From Curvularia clavata (lineage: Eukaryota), in the NCBI GenBank assembly GCA_023920165.1, contig CP089274.1:2790001-2854000 (forward strand): a DNA stretch of 64,000 bases, read 5' to 3'. Made by a program: the position numbers and the translations under genes. Within the stretch, counting starts at the first letter, position 1. Every line of letters begins with the position of its first letter. The notes under the pieces are model-generated. The model had not been told where the DNA came from, ran no database searches, and saw only the letters and a list, made by a program, of their open reading frames with translations. Below are positions 61,543 through 64,000 of this stretch, one piece after another.

Positions 61543-64000
61543 ATGTCTGGTTTGGAGGTGAGGCTTTGATAACAGTTTACATGGGCCCTCTAGGCATATT
61601 GACATACTCGAATTTGATGGATAGTGGATCCTAAGCCCAACAATTGCTTACAGTGTTGCAGGTTGTCGCTGCCATAGCTGCCGTCATCTCCGCATTTCAC
61701 GGCGGATCGGAACTGCTGAAACATGTCAGAAAGAAACGCAGTGCCCGTAAAACCCGTAGCTCGGCCCAACAGGAATGGGAAGAAGCGCAACTCCAGGCCT
61801 CTCTTGTGGCGGGTGAACAACAAATCGGCCAACATTACGATCGTGACCAAAGAGAGTTGGGTGATCTTGTACGCATTGGTGATGGTAAAACATACCCCAT
61901 CCGGGACCTGACACATGTTTGGACCGCTGACCAATACCCGTAGATATCGCCCGAGAGCGTCTTTACCATATAACACTGATGCTCCAGGCTGAGATAATCA
62001 ACAGTCTTAAGCAAGCAGCTACAAGGTGCGTCTTTGACAACACATGATGAGATCACACTGAACTAAGCCGATCCTTCTAGCGAGGTTTGTGTGCTTGATT
62101 TGCGTTTTCTACACCGGGCCTCCAACACGAATCGCAAGGAAACACTCACGACATTGGAGGAGTTGAAACAAAGAATTTACCTGAGAAGGCCCATGGCACG
62201 GCAACTACAGGATCTCAGTGGGGAGTCAAGACTATGGCAGTCTCGCCTTCTACCACCACAGACACAGGCAAACAGCCACGAGTCGACCCGCCCTTTACTG
62301 GATGAGTATGCCAGTTACCCTTCACATGTCGACTACCGGCATACAGTACAAAGCCCAGCCGAGTACTATCGCTCGCTTGGTAACCGGGATACACCCAGTC
62401 CGGCCCTTCCAGCTTATGAACCTGCACAAGCCGCGGACCTGAATCTAGGCAAGGCGCTCGAACGCCTCCCTCCCGATCATCGCGCAGCTGCAATGAGGGA
62501 CATCCAGAAGATGATAATGTCATACCAAGGACTTAGTCTCGATAGCAGAGCTCATCAGCAACAGAGGCATGGATACAATGACAGCTACTCTGGGCGACAT
62601 GAATTCTACAGCGCGCCCAGCGACCGTCATGTATCTGAATCGGTCGTAACGGACTTTGAAAAAGAAATCTATGATCAACTACAGAATCTTGGAGCAACCC
62701 CAGACCAAGACACAGTGCATTCTAGGCCTCTGGTGTTCAAGCAGGATATGTTTGGGTTAGAGAAGGAGCAGTCTGAGTACCTACGGCCGTTCCATTCGAT
62801 GCAAACGAGAGCACCGAGACAACCAAGGTGGTCCGAATCCTCAGGCGGCAGCTCTTCTCAGTCAAATATTGCATCACTCGATCGGAACAGCTCCAATTCC
62901 TCGCAAGGCTCATCGAACAAAATACCCTGTGCGCCGTCTCAGCAGCCACTGTCCGCTGAGCATGCTCGTGTCCCGTCAGTACCAGCAACGTTCGACGAGG
63001 ACAGTAAGCAAGATGAGGACCGCCGTAGTATGCACGCATCTTCCTCATACTCTGCTTCAGAAGATGAGTACACTCCTCCGCCTATACCACCGTTGGCCCC
63101 CTCACGCAGCCAGCCTAACACCTCACCAAATGATCCACCTGGAAAGCCTTCAAATAGCGAAATAGCTCCTAAAACCAATGCCAGTGGAGTTCAAATAACG
63201 CACCAGACATGGTCAGGAACTCAACCAACAATTTACTCACCATTGCAAACACAATATACCGTTGAAATCACCGCCAACAATGCCCCATCAAGCACACAAG
63301 CCCACCACCGAACACCCTCCAGCCTCTCTGCCCTCGCAGCATCCCTCAATCCCAAAAAGCTCACCCGGACAACCAGTATCAACCGCTCCGTGCGCTCTCA
63401 AACCTCGACCTCCAGCTCCAGCAGCGCCTCAAACCCCAGCGGCCCCCTCACCCGCACCACGCAACAAACCACCATCCCCAGCAACCCTCTCCTTCCGACC
63501 GAAACCATAATGCACGGCCGCCCTGACAAATCAAACGACTACTGGGGCTTCTGCAAAGGCGCATGGGCAACCCAAGAATCTCTATCCAAGGGGCTCGCCG
63601 TGCGCGCCCAACCCTGCGGCTACTACGTCATCAAGCACCAGTGGTCATGCCGGTACTGTGTCTTTGCGGGCCCTGTATTCAAAGCGCCGCATCCGAGTGG
63701 TAAGAAGGGAAAGAGCATCGATATTGTGGATCCGAGGGTGAAGGTCTCGGCGGCAGGGGTGCGATATCGCTGGGTTTTTTTGGCAAAGAGTCATGTGAGG
63801 AAGAAGATTGGGGGTGCGCCTACGACGACGGCGACACAGGTGGCTGCGGCGGTGGGAGGTGCTGTGGGAGGAGGAGATGATAATTTTGGGTGCGTGTTTT
63901 GTTGTCTGGAGGATAGGGTGTCGGGGGTCTATGGGGGCGTGGAGACGCTGATGAAGCATGTTTTGCAGGTGCATGGCGTGAAGGGCATGAGTGAGCAGGT
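61543..64000 (+). CDS. Protein of unknown function, 3'-truncated: N-terminal helical domain, disordered middle, C-terminal Cys/His-rich domain
   Basis: Exons joined by introns 61558-61661, 61885-61943 and 62026-62080 give MSGLEVVAAIAAVISAFHGGSELL.... The frame stays open to the window end and encodes YWGFCKGAW, CRYC, RYRWVFLAKSHV, FGCVFCC and LMKHVLQVH. Confidence 0.8.

Overview
Intron-containing fungal genomic DNA from a filamentous ascomycete; gene content and NRPS architecture suggest Dothideomycetes/Pleosporales. The centre (15.5-41 kb) is a ferrichrome/ferricrocin-type siderophore cluster with three genes: L-ornithine N5-oxygenase (sidA-like), a full-length ABCB/MDR transporter, and a ~5,385-aa NPS2-type NRPS (A-T-C x4 plus T-C x2). 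Five perfect ATCTGATAA boxes (SreA/Sre1-type GATA repressor sites) lie upstream of sidA and in the shared ABC/NRPS divergent promoter. Left flank: a membrane-anchored fucose-lectin-like protein, PER1, an intron-containing tRNA-Ala(UGC) with an atypical T-arm, eIF3c/NIP1 and YAK1 kinase. Right flank: a secreted LIP-family lipase, a PAP2 phosphatase, a LITAF-domain protein, AAR2, VPS22/SNF8, an AFG2-like AAA ATPase and three proteins of unknown function, the last truncated by the window edge. Exon boundaries were read by eye from GT..CTRAY..YAG signals. The cluster type is already known, and I found no clearly novel system. The most testable leads are the iron-regulated ABC transporter paired with an 'intracellular' siderophore synthetase, the unusual tRNA, and several enzymes with degenerate catalytic motifs.
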